64,000 nt of DNA from Bythopirellula sp. (GTDB taxonomy: Bacteria; Planctomycetota; Planctomycetia; Pirellulales; Lacipirellulaceae): contig OZ244170.1 of assembly GCA_965216565.1 (NCBI GenBank), forward strand, positions 2,112,001 to 2,176,000, written 5' to 3'. Position 1 is the stretch's first letter, and every line of letters starts with the position of its first letter. The notes below the pieces were generated by a model. That model was not told where the DNA came from. It ran no database searches and worked only from the letters and a program-made list of their open reading frames with translations. Positions 9,111-18,405 of the stretch are shown piece by piece. Position numbers and translations under genes: made by a program.

Positions 9111-10742
9111 ATGTCACCTTTTCTATATCACCGATTAGCACTCAGCCTCTTGATGCTATTCTGGTGTGGCACTTGTTTCGCGGCCGAACAGAAACCTAAT
9201 ATCCTCTGGATCACTTGTGAGGACATGAGTCCGCGACTGGCTTGTTATGGTGATCACACTGTGGCCACGCCACATCTGAATCAGCTCGCACAGGAAAGCG
9301 TGCGATATACTCACGCATATGGCACCTACGGGGTGTGCGCTCCGAATCGTCACACACTCATCACAGGCATGTATCCTGCCTCGACAGGTGCCATGGCCAT
9401 GCGTACGTTCAGGAGGACTACTGCCCTAAATCTGATAAAAGACCCTGAAATGCTGGCGATTCCAACGTACGAAGCGACGCCACCGGATGGAGTGAAATGT
9501 TTCAGCGAATATCTCCGTGCCGCCGGATACTACTGTACCAACAATGTTAAAACCGACTATCAATTCCGCTACATTCCAACGGCCTGGAACGAAAGCAGTC
9601 ATAAAGCTCATTGGCGAAATCGACCCAACAGTGAAACACCATTTTTTGCAGTCTTTAATTCAACCGCTACACATGAGAGCCAGATTTTTAAGCAGAATTC
9701 TCCGAAGGTCGTTGATCCTGACTCTGTTACTTTGCCGCCCTATTATCCCGACACACCAATTGTCCGACGGGATTTGGCGAGACACTACGATAATATTGCC
9801 AAAATGGATGCCTGGGTGGGGGGCTTATTGAAGCAGCTCGAAGAAGACGGTCTCGATGACAATACCATGGTATTCTTCTTCAGCGATCATGGAGATGGCC
9901 TGCCACGCATGAAACGCTGGGTCTACGATTCGGGTCTGCGTGTCCCTCTTCTTGTGCGTAATCCAGATCACAAGAATGCTAACTCCGTCAATGACGAGCT
10001 AGTCAGCTTCGTTGATTTCGCTCCCACGGTTCTTTCACTGGTTGGCCTACACATCCCCGACTACATGCAAGGCCAGGCATTTCTCGGAAAGCAGAAGACT
10101 GCTCGACGCAAATACGTCTTTGCAGCACGGGATCGCATGGACCCCGCTCCCGAAACAATCCGCGCCGTGCGCGACAAGCAGTTTAAGTACGTTCGCAACT
10201 ATCGTCCCGATTTGCCCTACATTGGTCCTATTCCATACCGGGATCAGCAAGAGATCATGCAGGAAATCCTGCGACTCGACGAAAGGAACGAACTGGGTGC
10301 AAACCAATGGCAGTTCTCAGCGCGGAACAAGCCCTTGGAAGAGCTTTACGACACAACAGCAGATCCCCATGAAATCAACAATCTAGCTGCCGACCCTCAA
10401 TACTTCGACAAATTGGCGGAGCTTCGGGAAGCCCATGAAGAGTGGACCGAAGAAACTGGTGACCTTGGTCATATGTCAGAGCACGATCTGGTCCGTCACC
10501 TTTGGCCACCCGAGGGAGTACAGCCAACGACTTCTACCCCTGTAGCAAGTGTCGATGGAAATCAGGTGGCTATTGAGTGTGAAACAATTGGTGCTTCGAT
10601 AGGCTACCGTCAGAAAAGTAAAAAGGGTTGGTCTCTCTACAGCAAACCATTCCAATTGAATCCAGGAAGCCAAATCCAAGTGCAAGCCTTTCGCATTGGT
10701 TGGAAGCCCAGTGAGGTAGTTGCAGTGCAGTCAAAGGACTGA
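9111..10742 (+). CDS. Sulfatase (S1, Cys-type), secreted
   Basis: PNILWITCEDMS, CAPNR formylglycine motif, FFSDHG, LVSFVDFAPT, EELYD..DPHE..NLA. ATG 9111 follows AAGGAAG. Confidence 0.9.
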   Translation: MSPFLYHRLALSLLMLFWCGTCFAAEQKPNILWITCEDMSPRLACYGDHTVATPHLNQLAQESVRYTHAYGTYGVCAPNRHTLITGMYPASTGAMAMRTFRRTTALNLIKDPEMLAIPTYEATPPDGVKCFSEYLRAAGYYCTNNVKTDYQFRYIPTAWNESSHKAHWRNRPNSETPFFAVFNSTATHESQIFKQNSPKVVDPDSVTLPPYYPDTPIVRRDLARHYDNIAKMDAWVGGLLKQLEEDGLDDNTMVFFFSDHGDGLPRMKRWVYDSGLRVPLLVRNPDHKNANSVNDELVSFVDFAPTVLSLVGLHIPDYMQGQAFLGKQKTARRKYVFAARDRMDPAPETIRAVRDKQFKYVRNYRPDLPYIGPIPYRDQQEIMQEILRLDERNELGANQWQFSARNKPLEELYDTTADPHEINNLAADPQYFDKLAELREAHEEWTEETGDLGHMSEHDLVRHLWPPEGVQPTTSTPVASVDGNQVAIECETIGASIGYRQKSKKGWSLYSKPFQLNPGSQIQVQAFRIGWKPSEVVAVQSKD

Positions 10743-10758
10743 ACGCGTCGTGTAGTTC

Positions 10759-12237
10759 CTAGTTGCGATGCTCATCGAACAATTGAACAAACTCACTGTG
10801 GACCTCAGAGTGCTTGTCGGATAGGTTACTTCGCTCACCGGGATCAGTTTCGATATTGTAGAGTTCCACAGGAGCGTCATCCCCATAGCGCACGGCCTTC
10901 CAGTGACCACGTCGAGCTGCTTGAAACACCTCGCCGACAATGCCTGAATTAGGTCCTCCCACTTGCTTCCCGAATTCCCAATAAAGAGTTCTCTCAGGCA
11001 TCGTTCCGGGATTGTCTTGCAGGAGCCTTAGGATCGAGACACCGTTCGTCTCGACGCGAGGCACAGTTTCGAGAGGTACTCCAGCAACTTCTGCGAGCGT
11101 TGGCAGCACGTCGGCAAATGCCCAAGGCGTGTCGTCGACTCTTGCTTGAGTGATGGATTGCGGCCAGGAGGCAATCGCGGGAATATGAATTCCACCATCG
11201 TAGACATCGCGTTTCATGCCACGATAGGGTTTCGACGCCTGGAAAAACTTAGGATCACCGCCCCCTTCGTCATGGGGACCATTGTCCGAAGTGAAAAAAA
11301 TCAGGGTATTGTCTGCAATTCCTTTCTCTTCCAGAACCGCAACGATTTTTCCAACATAATCGTCCAGTGCCGAGACCATACCGGCAAATGTTGCATGTGG
11401 CTTTTCTACAGGCTCAGGATAGTACCAAGCGTATTTGTCGCTGGGTTTGCCGCCTGACATGCCGCCATACGGTGTTTCAGAAAACATGTCTCCATATTGC
11501 CGGACATATTTCTGAGGTGCAGCCAATTCCGCATGGGGTGACGAGAAGGCTAGGAAGACGAAGAACGGATTGTCATGCGGCTGCTCGATGTATTTGATCG
11601 CTTCCTCGGTAAACAGTTTTTGCGCATAGGCTTCTTTCTTACCGCCCTCGTTCGACTTAATCCTCAGCTTCTTGCCGTCTCGCCAAAGAATTGTTGGATA
11701 CTGACGATGACCCTCAAGAATCGAGTACATGCCGTACCAGGTATCAAATCCCATCGCGAGCGGGTCCGTAACCCCCATCTGCGATCCGATCGAGTACTTA
11801 CCGAACAGGGCCGTATCGTAGCCTGCATACTTTAGGACGTGAGCAATCGTGACATCAATTGCCTGGAGCTGAACAGTGTTCGAATTGTTGTCCATCAATC
11901 GTCCGTCGCGTCCCGTAAACAGCGAAACGCGAGACGGGGAACAAACCGTATTTCCAGCATAGGCTTGGGTAAATCGTATCCCCCCACCTGCAAGCCGATC
12001 GAGGTTCGGTGTTCTGATGGGAGTCGTCCCGTAGCAACCGAGTTGATTGAAACCGAGGTCGTCAGCAAGAATGAATATGACGTTTGGTTTTTCGCCGGAG
12101 GGTGCCGCTATCACCATTTCGCAATGAACCGCAGATCCCACAATGACAAGACATGCGAATAGTGAACGCAACGAGATTGGGAATAACGTTGGGCGAGCGG
12201 CGAAAAGAATGAAGCCGAGTGGACGTTTAAGTTTCAT
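10759..12237 (-). CDS. Arylsulfatase-family sulfatase (S1)
   Basis: PNVIFILADDLG, CSPSR, FTSDNGPH, GMKRDVYDGGIHIP, ELYNIETDPGE. Confidence 0.9.
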   Translation of the reverse strand: MKLKRPLGFILFAARPTLFPISLRSLFACLVIVGSAVHCEMVIAAPSGEKPNVIFILADDLGFNQLGCYGTTPIRTPNLDRLAGGGIRFTQAYAGNTVCSPSRVSLFTGRDGRLMDNNSNTVQLQAIDVTIAHVLKYAGYDTALFGKYSIGSQMGVTDPLAMGFDTWYGMYSILEGHRQYPTILWRDGKKLRIKSNEGGKKEAYAQKLFTEEAIKYIEQPHDNPFFVFLAFSSPHAELAAPQKYVRQYGDMFSETPYGGMSGGKPSDKYAWYYPEPVEKPHATFAGMVSALDDYVGKIVAVLEEKGIADNTLIFFTSDNGPHDEGGGDPKFFQASKPYRGMKRDVYDGGIHIPAIASWPQSITQARVDDTPWAFADVLPTLAEVAGVPLETVPRVETNGVSILRLLQDNPGTMPERTLYWEFGKQVGGPNSGIVGEVFQAARRGHWKAVRYGDDAPVELYNIETDPGERSNLSDKHSEVHSEFVQLFDEHRN

Positions 12238-12413
12238 AGCTTTACTTACTTGGGTTGAATCGATAAGAAGCCTACTGTGAGAATAATACCTTGCGTGTTC
12301 ACTCTACAAAATCGTGGACAATTCCGGGTCTATGCAAGTTACGATGATGTTTCGCTATTTGAAACGGTTGGTCTCACCCTACAGAACTCCCATTGCAAAA
12401 CGGTGAAGGCAAG

Positions 12414-14732
12414 TCACCTCGACTGCAGGCGAAAGGATGCCTTCTCGTAGTTTGCAGAGGATGTTCCGACCATCACTTCATAGTCGCCATCTTCCAACAC
12501 TCGTTTCATTTCTTTGCCTGTGAACTTCAACATATCTGGCGCAATTACAAAGCTCACTTGACGGGTTTCCCCGGGCTTCAATTCGATTTTTTGGAATCCC
12601 TTCAGCTCCTTGTCTGGACGGGTGACGGAGCCAATCAAGTCTTTCAGGTACAGCTGGACGACTTCTTTGGATGTGTATTCGCCGGTGTTGGCAACATCGA
12701 CGCTGATTTCCAATTTTCCATCAGGCGACATTTCGTTGCCGGAGAGTTTGAGATTGTCATACTTGAATGAGGTGTAGCTCAGACCATGGCCAAACGGAAA
12801 CAAGGGCCCAGGCTTAGAGAACAGATAACCCTTCTTGTAGTTGATCTCTTTTTGACTGTAGTGGAATGGAATCCGACCAATCGAGCGCGGAACTGAGACC
12901 GGCAGTTTGCCGGAAGGTGAGGTTTCACCAAATATCATTTGTGCCACCACCTCGTCGCCACGCTCACTTAAGTCCCAGCAGTCCAGAATGGCATCTGCCT
13001 GTTTAGCGATGACGTTGATAGACAAAGTGCGACGATGCTTGAGCACCACCACTACCGGCTTGCCAACCGCTTTGATCTTCCGAATCAACTCGTCCTGCTG
13101 ACCAACAGGATCGATACTGTCCCGATCGCCTTGAGCGTTGTTAAAAAACGCTTCTTTCGCGGTGAATTCGTCGCCCCCTAGGAACAGCACAGCGACATCC
13201 GCATTGCGAGCCAGGGAAATCAGATTCTCCATGTCCTCCTCACTGCCTTTAACGAGATTCGGGTTTCCTCGCTTCTCATCTGTTAGCTTGAATCCACGTT
13301 CCGCAGTAAACGTCACGTTGCTGCCTGCTACTGCTTCGAAAGCAGCTTGAGTGTCGTCGTCGAGTAGAGGCCCCAATAGTGCCACGGTGCGAGCTTCCGG
13401 TTTACGCAGCGGAAGGGTATTCTCTTCATTTTTTAGAAGAATAATCGATTCCTCATCCATCTGTTTCGCCAACTCGAGTGAGGATTCCGCACGAACTCCA
13501 TGCTCGACTTTTTCGAGATCGATAAAAGGGTCTTCGAATAGACCCAAGATGAACTTTGTGCGTAAGACATTGCTGACAGAACGGTCGATATGGTTCTGCA
13601 GACTGTTGTCCTGCTTCGCCATTTCTGGCAACAATGCGTAGGCTACGTCGCTGTACAAATCCACATCGATCCCGGCCTTGAGTGCCATTTCTACAGCAGC
13701 TTCTGGTGTTTCGGCCACCTTCATGAACGAATGTAGGCGGGCGATATCGTTCGAATCGGATACGACATAACCCTGAAAGCCCCACTGATTGCGAAGTACG
13801 TCGGTCAGCAGCCAAGGATTTGCATGACTAGCTACGCCATTGAGATCACCATGCGAAGCCATTATTCCAAGCGTGTGGGCACGCTGAACTGCAGCTTGAA
13901 ACGGGGGGAAGATCTCGTCGCGTAGAGTACGTGGGGAAATCTCGATCGCCGCAAAGTTGGAACCGCCAAGTACCTGACCGTAGCCCGCGAAATGCTTGGT
14001 CACCGCTCCAATATGAGTTGTGTTCTTCCTCAATCCATCGTAGCCACCTTGCACACCCGTTACTGCTGCTGTGACCATTTCTGTTGTGAGATGCGTGTCC
14101 TCGCCGAATGCCTCGCTCATTCGCCCAAATCTTGGATCCCTCACAATATCTGCCTCTGGCGAATGACACATGTGCATCCCACGCAAACGTGCCTCACGGC
14201 CAATGACGTCCCAAATTCTACGGGTCAACCCTACATTCCACGTTGCGGCCATGTTGATCGGCCGACCAAATCGGGTGCAACCGTGGGCATCCACTCCGTT
14301 GTAGGATTCGGTGACAAATAGAGCTGGAATGTTGAGTCGGCTTTTCTCGATAATATATTCTTGAAGTTGGTTATTTAACGTAGCAGCACGAATAGGAGAC
14401 AACTTTTCACCAGGATTCTTAATGCCAGCAATTCCGTTCACTAGGCGCCCCTGAACGTCTTTCGACAGCACCATTTGATCTTCATTATTAAAGCGGATTC
14501 CTTTATTCGCGTGAAACATCCGCATCTGGGCAACTTTTTCTTCCAACGTCATGCGGCTCAGTAGATCTTTTACCCGTGCTTCAACCTCCAAAGAGGAATC
14601 CTTATAAGCAGGGTTTGTTTCCGCAAAGGACGGCATGTCAATCAATGCCACGAGTACAAAGGCAGCACACATCCACTTCGAGATGAAAAGACATCTAACC
14701 TTTAAGATCTCACCTATTTCATCGTATGCCAT
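12414..14732 (-). CDS. GH3 beta-glucosidase/beta-xylosidase
   Basis: ARVKDLLSRMTLEEK, RDPRFGR..EAFGED, KHFAGYG, GYVVSD (nucleophile Asp), PSGKLPVSVP, FPFGHGLSYT, Fn3-like EVVQLY...ELKGFQKI. Confidence 0.92.
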   Translation of the reverse strand: MAYDEIGEILKVRCLFISKWMCAAFVLVALIDMPSFAETNPAYKDSSLEVEARVKDLLSRMTLEEKVAQMRMFHANKGIRFNNEDQMVLSKDVQGRLVNGIAGIKNPGEKLSPIRAATLNNQLQEYIIEKSRLNIPALFVTESYNGVDAHGCTRFGRPINMAATWNVGLTRRIWDVIGREARLRGMHMCHSPEADIVRDPRFGRMSEAFGEDTHLTTEMVTAAVTGVQGGYDGLRKNTTHIGAVTKHFAGYGQVLGGSNFAAIEISPRTLRDEIFPPFQAAVQRAHTLGIMASHGDLNGVASHANPWLLTDVLRNQWGFQGYVVSDSNDIARLHSFMKVAETPEAAVEMALKAGIDVDLYSDVAYALLPEMAKQDNSLQNHIDRSVSNVLRTKFILGLFEDPFIDLEKVEHGVRAESSLELAKQMDEESIILLKNEENTLPLRKPEARTVALLGPLLDDDTQAAFEAVAGSNVTFTAERGFKLTDEKRGNPNLVKGSEEDMENLISLARNADVAVLFLGGDEFTAKEAFFNNAQGDRDSIDPVGQQDELIRKIKAVGKPVVVVLKHRRTLSINVIAKQADAILDCWDLSERGDEVVAQMIFGETSPSGKLPVSVPRSIGRIPFHYSQKEINYKKGYLFSKPGPLFPFGHGLSYTSFKYDNLKLSGNEMSPDGKLEISVDVANTGEYTSKEVVQLYLKDLIGSVTRPDKELKGFQKIELKPGETRQVSFVIAPDMLKFTGKEMKRVLEDGDYEVMVGTSSANYEKASFRLQSR

Positions 14733-14759
14733 AAAACACTCCGTGCCTTTCGCGTTAGA

Positions 14760-17700
14760 TCAATACTTTTTAGAAGAAGAGTTTTTGAGCTCGCTCACTG
14801 ATCCAAATGTCATTGTGGAGCGAACGTAGGGCTGAATTGTTACTGGACCTAACATGCCGGATGATGGCAAAGGTGAATCCTTTTGCCAATGCTTATATCC
14901 GGCAAATGAAACGCGATCGGAAGGGCGGTGCGTCGCATTTAATAGCCACTTCGGCCATTTCTTTATAGCACGACCTCTACGTTCAAAGTCTTGTGACAAG
15001 TGTTCATCACCAATCAGCCTATTCGGCCAGAGATTGGTCACTCTAACCTCAAGGTCGTTTTCCCCTTCATGAACAATTCCTTCTAAGCTCATCCTGAACG
15101 GAAACTTCCACAGTATTCCAAGCTTCTTTCCGTTTACCAAAACTTCGGCAATCACGCGGACGCTGCCTAGATCTAGTTCCAGCGCAATATCGGGCTGTAT
15201 TAGACGACTTGGAATGACTAGCTGCTGACTGTAGGTCGCAGTCCCGGAAAAATGCTTTATCTTCTCATTGCTAGAAGACGACCAGGAAGTCAATTCGTCA
15301 TATGTTTCGTGCAAAGTCTCTCCCTCTGAGTTTGGAAATCGCACTTCCCAAGGACCAGGCAACTCTAGAGGTTCTGGTACTGTTTCCACTTCGATCGTTC
15401 CTGTTGCGCCTGACGAAGTGCTATAGATCAACTGGCCTGGGTAAGGAGTTTCCCAAGTGACTTCATTGTCTTCAGATGTAAACCTTGATGCGGGAAGACT
15501 CCGAGTTAGTTCGAGCATGCCTCCCTCAGCAAGTGCCCTCTTTTGCACCACGCCGTCGGTCGAGTAAACAATACGCAACTCTTTCGCAGTTTCAAGATCA
15601 GCCGATTCGTCGCTCAGCCCGTCGTCAACAGAGATTCCAAAAGTCCCTGATGCTACCATGGATTTAACTTCTTCGGTGACATCTTTCGCCAGGGAATCCG
15701 CGGGAACACTTTTCGTTTTGTCATCAAACTTGCCAAAGACGGCCCTTAATATTTCTAGTTCGCCTTTGCCATCAGAACTGATGGCTATTGTTTCCTGTTC
15801 CATAGCGTGAGTTTCGTGAACAGTATCTCCGACTCTATATCTGATTCGAAGTTCTTTTTTGTAGCCGGGGGCAGGGTCACAATCGCAAAGTTTTCTGGAA
15901 ACTTTCGTGCGAAGATGATTCTCCACAACGCCTTCAGCCACTGATTCAGTTACATCAACTAAGCCATCAGGTAAAAACGTGCCGTACTTAGCATTCATTA
16001 TCTCTAGGTTGGGTAGCGGCATTGGTAAGCCTTGGAGAAGTCTCACCTTGCTTTTAACAATGTGCTCAGATGTCGCTGGCTGCCTGAAGACCACTAAAAC
16101 GGAACCTTCCGGTTCGAACTGAATCGAAACACTCGTAGTGCCATCGCTGTTTTGCTTCCATTCCGGAGCATTGCTAATGCCGCCAGTCTCAGCATTCCAC
16201 AATTCGGGCTGTTTTCCGGACACCCGGAAGCGGCAGAGTACTTTACGTCCTTCTTTGGCAGAGTTGGCGACAAAGTAGATGTCGCATTCATCCACCCTCC
16301 GATGAATATATGAAAGACCCTCTGGAGTGCCCTCCTCGACGTCAAAATCTGGAGGAGTAGCATCACTCTTGAGAAACTCAACGATTGAAACGTCTTCGAC
16401 TAACCTCTTGCCCCATAATCTCTCGGAAATCTGGCTGACCTGTTCATCACAGTCAGGAAAACCTTGAAGGCTCGGAGATTTCTCAGGTTTAGGGCCAAGA
16501 ATCTTTACACCAGCTTCAACCAGTTCCTCTAGTTTTTTGAGAGTTTCAGGCCTCATCCAAGAAGTCTTGGGCAGCACCAGTGCTCGATACGAGGAACCTG
16601 CAGAAGTATGCACTAATCCATCTTCTGCTCTCAAAGAACCAATCTTGTTCGCCCCAATCAAATCATAGTCGTATCCCGACGCTTTGATCTCTGGCATCAA
16701 CATCGCATTGTTGGGGGAGGCTTCCCCAGTGAAAACCAACACGTCGGCTACACTCTGACCTTGTTGGAGCATGAATTGAGAACGGGCGATATAGTCTAGA
16801 AAGGCTTCTGCCGGTTCCCACCAAGTATTTAGTCGGTTGAACTCTAGACCGTGGTAGCTCAACGTTAGGCCAGGCCCCACGTTCCAGGGCTGGTGAACGT
16901 AGCTGTGAAAAATAAATCGGTTAATTCCCTGCGCCCACGCCTTGTCGCCGATGGACTTGATCGTAGCGGGATGCTCAACCCAACCTCCCGTGCCGGTAAA
17001 CGCTTCGGCGCCAACTATTCGATCGCCGTTTAACTTGGCGATGGAGGCCACAAATTTTGGAGAGTCAAAGAAAGCTACGTCCCCGCTCCAGAATTCACAC
17101 ATGACTATGTTGCCGGCTTCGCCAATTTGCATATTGTCGAAGGGTCCCCAATAGGGCTCGACCGAGAACTGCATACCATGTTGATGACAACGTTCGCGGA
17201 AGTATGCGTAATAGTTCTTCGCCATCAGATCGCCAATAGTACGTCGGAAATCCCAGAGGAAGCGTTCTGAGATCTCTCCACTCTCAACATAATAGCCTGC
17301 CAATGCGGGCAAATACGGCGAACAGTCGTAGCCGCTTAGGCTATGAAACTCCCTCTGGAAATTCGGTGTCCAATTGCACGCCCCAACTTCATAGCTATCA
17401 ATCAGGCAACTCTTGAGGACTGGACCTACCAGTGGCCCTAATCCATTGATGATTGGAGTGATGCCACCTTCCCAAAACGCATCAACTGCCTCTCGACTCA
17501 TCTTGTCACACTCTAGGCCGTGCCCACCGAAGGCGGCAGGACGGTTCCTCTTACCTGTCGGAGTGTGCCCAAGTCGCAAGATGACCCACTCGCCGGGAGG
17601 CGGCATCCATTCCAAATATCCGTCATCGGCAACTCGCGAAGTTAAATCAATGATCTCCAATTGACTAACCACGGCGGACGCAGGTATTGGTTTAGAGTCA

Positions 17701-18371
17701 GGGGCAAGATGATTGCGAATCCTTCCTGATAGGCTCTTGTAGTCCAGGCCGTCGATACGTTTATTACTGTTCGGTTTCGGAAAAGCCAGAACGGCAATAT
17801 CCCGGTAGTAACCCAAGCGAGATTTGGGCTGAGCCAGACAAGCGTTGAAAGGTGTGCCTCCTTTATGAGTCACTTCGCTGAATACTACCCTTTGCATAGA
17901 GTGCTCAGGAGTAACCCAAGGGCCACCGCTGGAGGACCAACCTGCGGCGTTGTGAAATCCCAGTTCAAGTCCCAATCGCTTTGCTTCGTAAGCCGAGTGT
18001 TTCAACAGATCTAACCAGAGTGGGCTTAAGTAGGCGGCAGGCCCGCGAGGATCTCCCAAGTTGACATTGAATATTTGGGCTTCTTGAATGCCCACCCTCT
18101 TCATTGCCTCCAGATCCGCAGTGATTCCCTCTCTAGTGACATTTCCGTTAATCCAGTGCCACCATGTTTGTGCTTTAGCTGAAGCGGGCGGATTGTTGAA
18201 TCCTTCTACAAGTGGATCGTTCGCGTACGACAGAGAGGCAAACGCATAGAGCGTGAGGACTAAAGAAAAAACCTGCTTCTTTGAGCGATTCTTGGTTTTT
18301 ATATTGAGCATTGCAATGATCATTGCAGAGAGTTTTAACATCAGCATTTGCAATTTTTGCAGATGACCCAT
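14760..18371 (-). CDS. GH106 alpha-L-rhamnosidase with two inserted lectin-like (DUF3395/SUEL-like) modules
   Basis: WWHWINGNVTREGITADLEAMKRVG, GWSSSGGPWV, GLECDKM, DSYEVG, GAEAFT, HSYVHQPW, VTNLWPNRLIGD, SGMLGPV. Start uncertain (18371 or 18311). Confidence 0.88.
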   Translation of the reverse strand: MGHLQKLQMLMLKLSAMIIAMLNIKTKNRSKKQVFSLVLTLYAFASLSYANDPLVEGFNNPPASAKAQTWWHWINGNVTREGITADLEAMKRVGIQEAQIFNVNLGDPRGPAAYLSPLWLDLLKHSAYEAKRLGLELGFHNAAGWSSSGGPWVTPEHSMQRVVFSEVTHKGGTPFNACLAQPKSRLGYYRDIAVLAFPKPNSNKRIDGLDYKSLSGRIRNHLAPDSKPIPASAVVSQLEIIDLTSRVADDGYLEWMPPPGEWVILRLGHTPTGKRNRPAAFGGHGLECDKMSREAVDAFWEGGITPIINGLGPLVGPVLKSCLIDSYEVGACNWTPNFQREFHSLSGYDCSPYLPALAGYYVESGEISERFLWDFRRTIGDLMAKNYYAYFRERCHQHGMQFSVEPYWGPFDNMQIGEAGNIVMCEFWSGDVAFFDSPKFVASIAKLNGDRIVGAEAFTGTGGWVEHPATIKSIGDKAWAQGINRFIFHSYVHQPWNVGPGLTLSYHGLEFNRLNTWWEPAEAFLDYIARSQFMLQQGQSVADVLVFTGEASPNNAMLMPEIKASGYDYDLIGANKIGSLRAEDGLVHTSAGSSYRALVLPKTSWMRPETLKKLEELVEAGVKILGPKPEKSPSLQGFPDCDEQVSQISERLWGKRLVEDVSIVEFLKSDATPPDFDVEEGTPEGLSYIHRRVDECDIYFVANSAKEGRKVLCRFRVSGKQPELWNAETGGISNAPEWKQNSDGTTSVSIQFEPEGSVLVVFRQPATSEHIVKSKVRLLQGLPMPLPNLEIMNAKYGTFLPDGLVDVTESVAEGVVENHLRTKVSRKLCDCDPAPGYKKELRIRYRVGDTVHETHAMEQETIAISSDGKGELEILRAVFGKFDDKTKSVPADSLAKDVTEEVKSMVASGTFGISVDDGLSDESADLETAKELRIVYSTDGVVQKRALAEGGMLELTRSLPASRFTSEDNEVTWETPYPGQLIYSTSSGATGTIEVETVPEPLELPGPWEVRFPNSEGETLHETYDELTSWSSSSNEKIKHFSGTATYSQQLVIPSRLIQPDIALELDLGSVRVIAEVLVNGKKLGILWKFPFRMSLEGIVHEGENDLEVRVTNLWPNRLIGDEHLSQDFERRGRAIKKWPKWLLNATHRPSDRVSFAGYKHWQKDSPLPSSGMLGPVTIQPYVRSTMTFGSVSELKNSSSKKY

Positions 18372-18405
18372 TATTGCACCCTGTCGCAGATCGACACGGG
18401 CTTCG

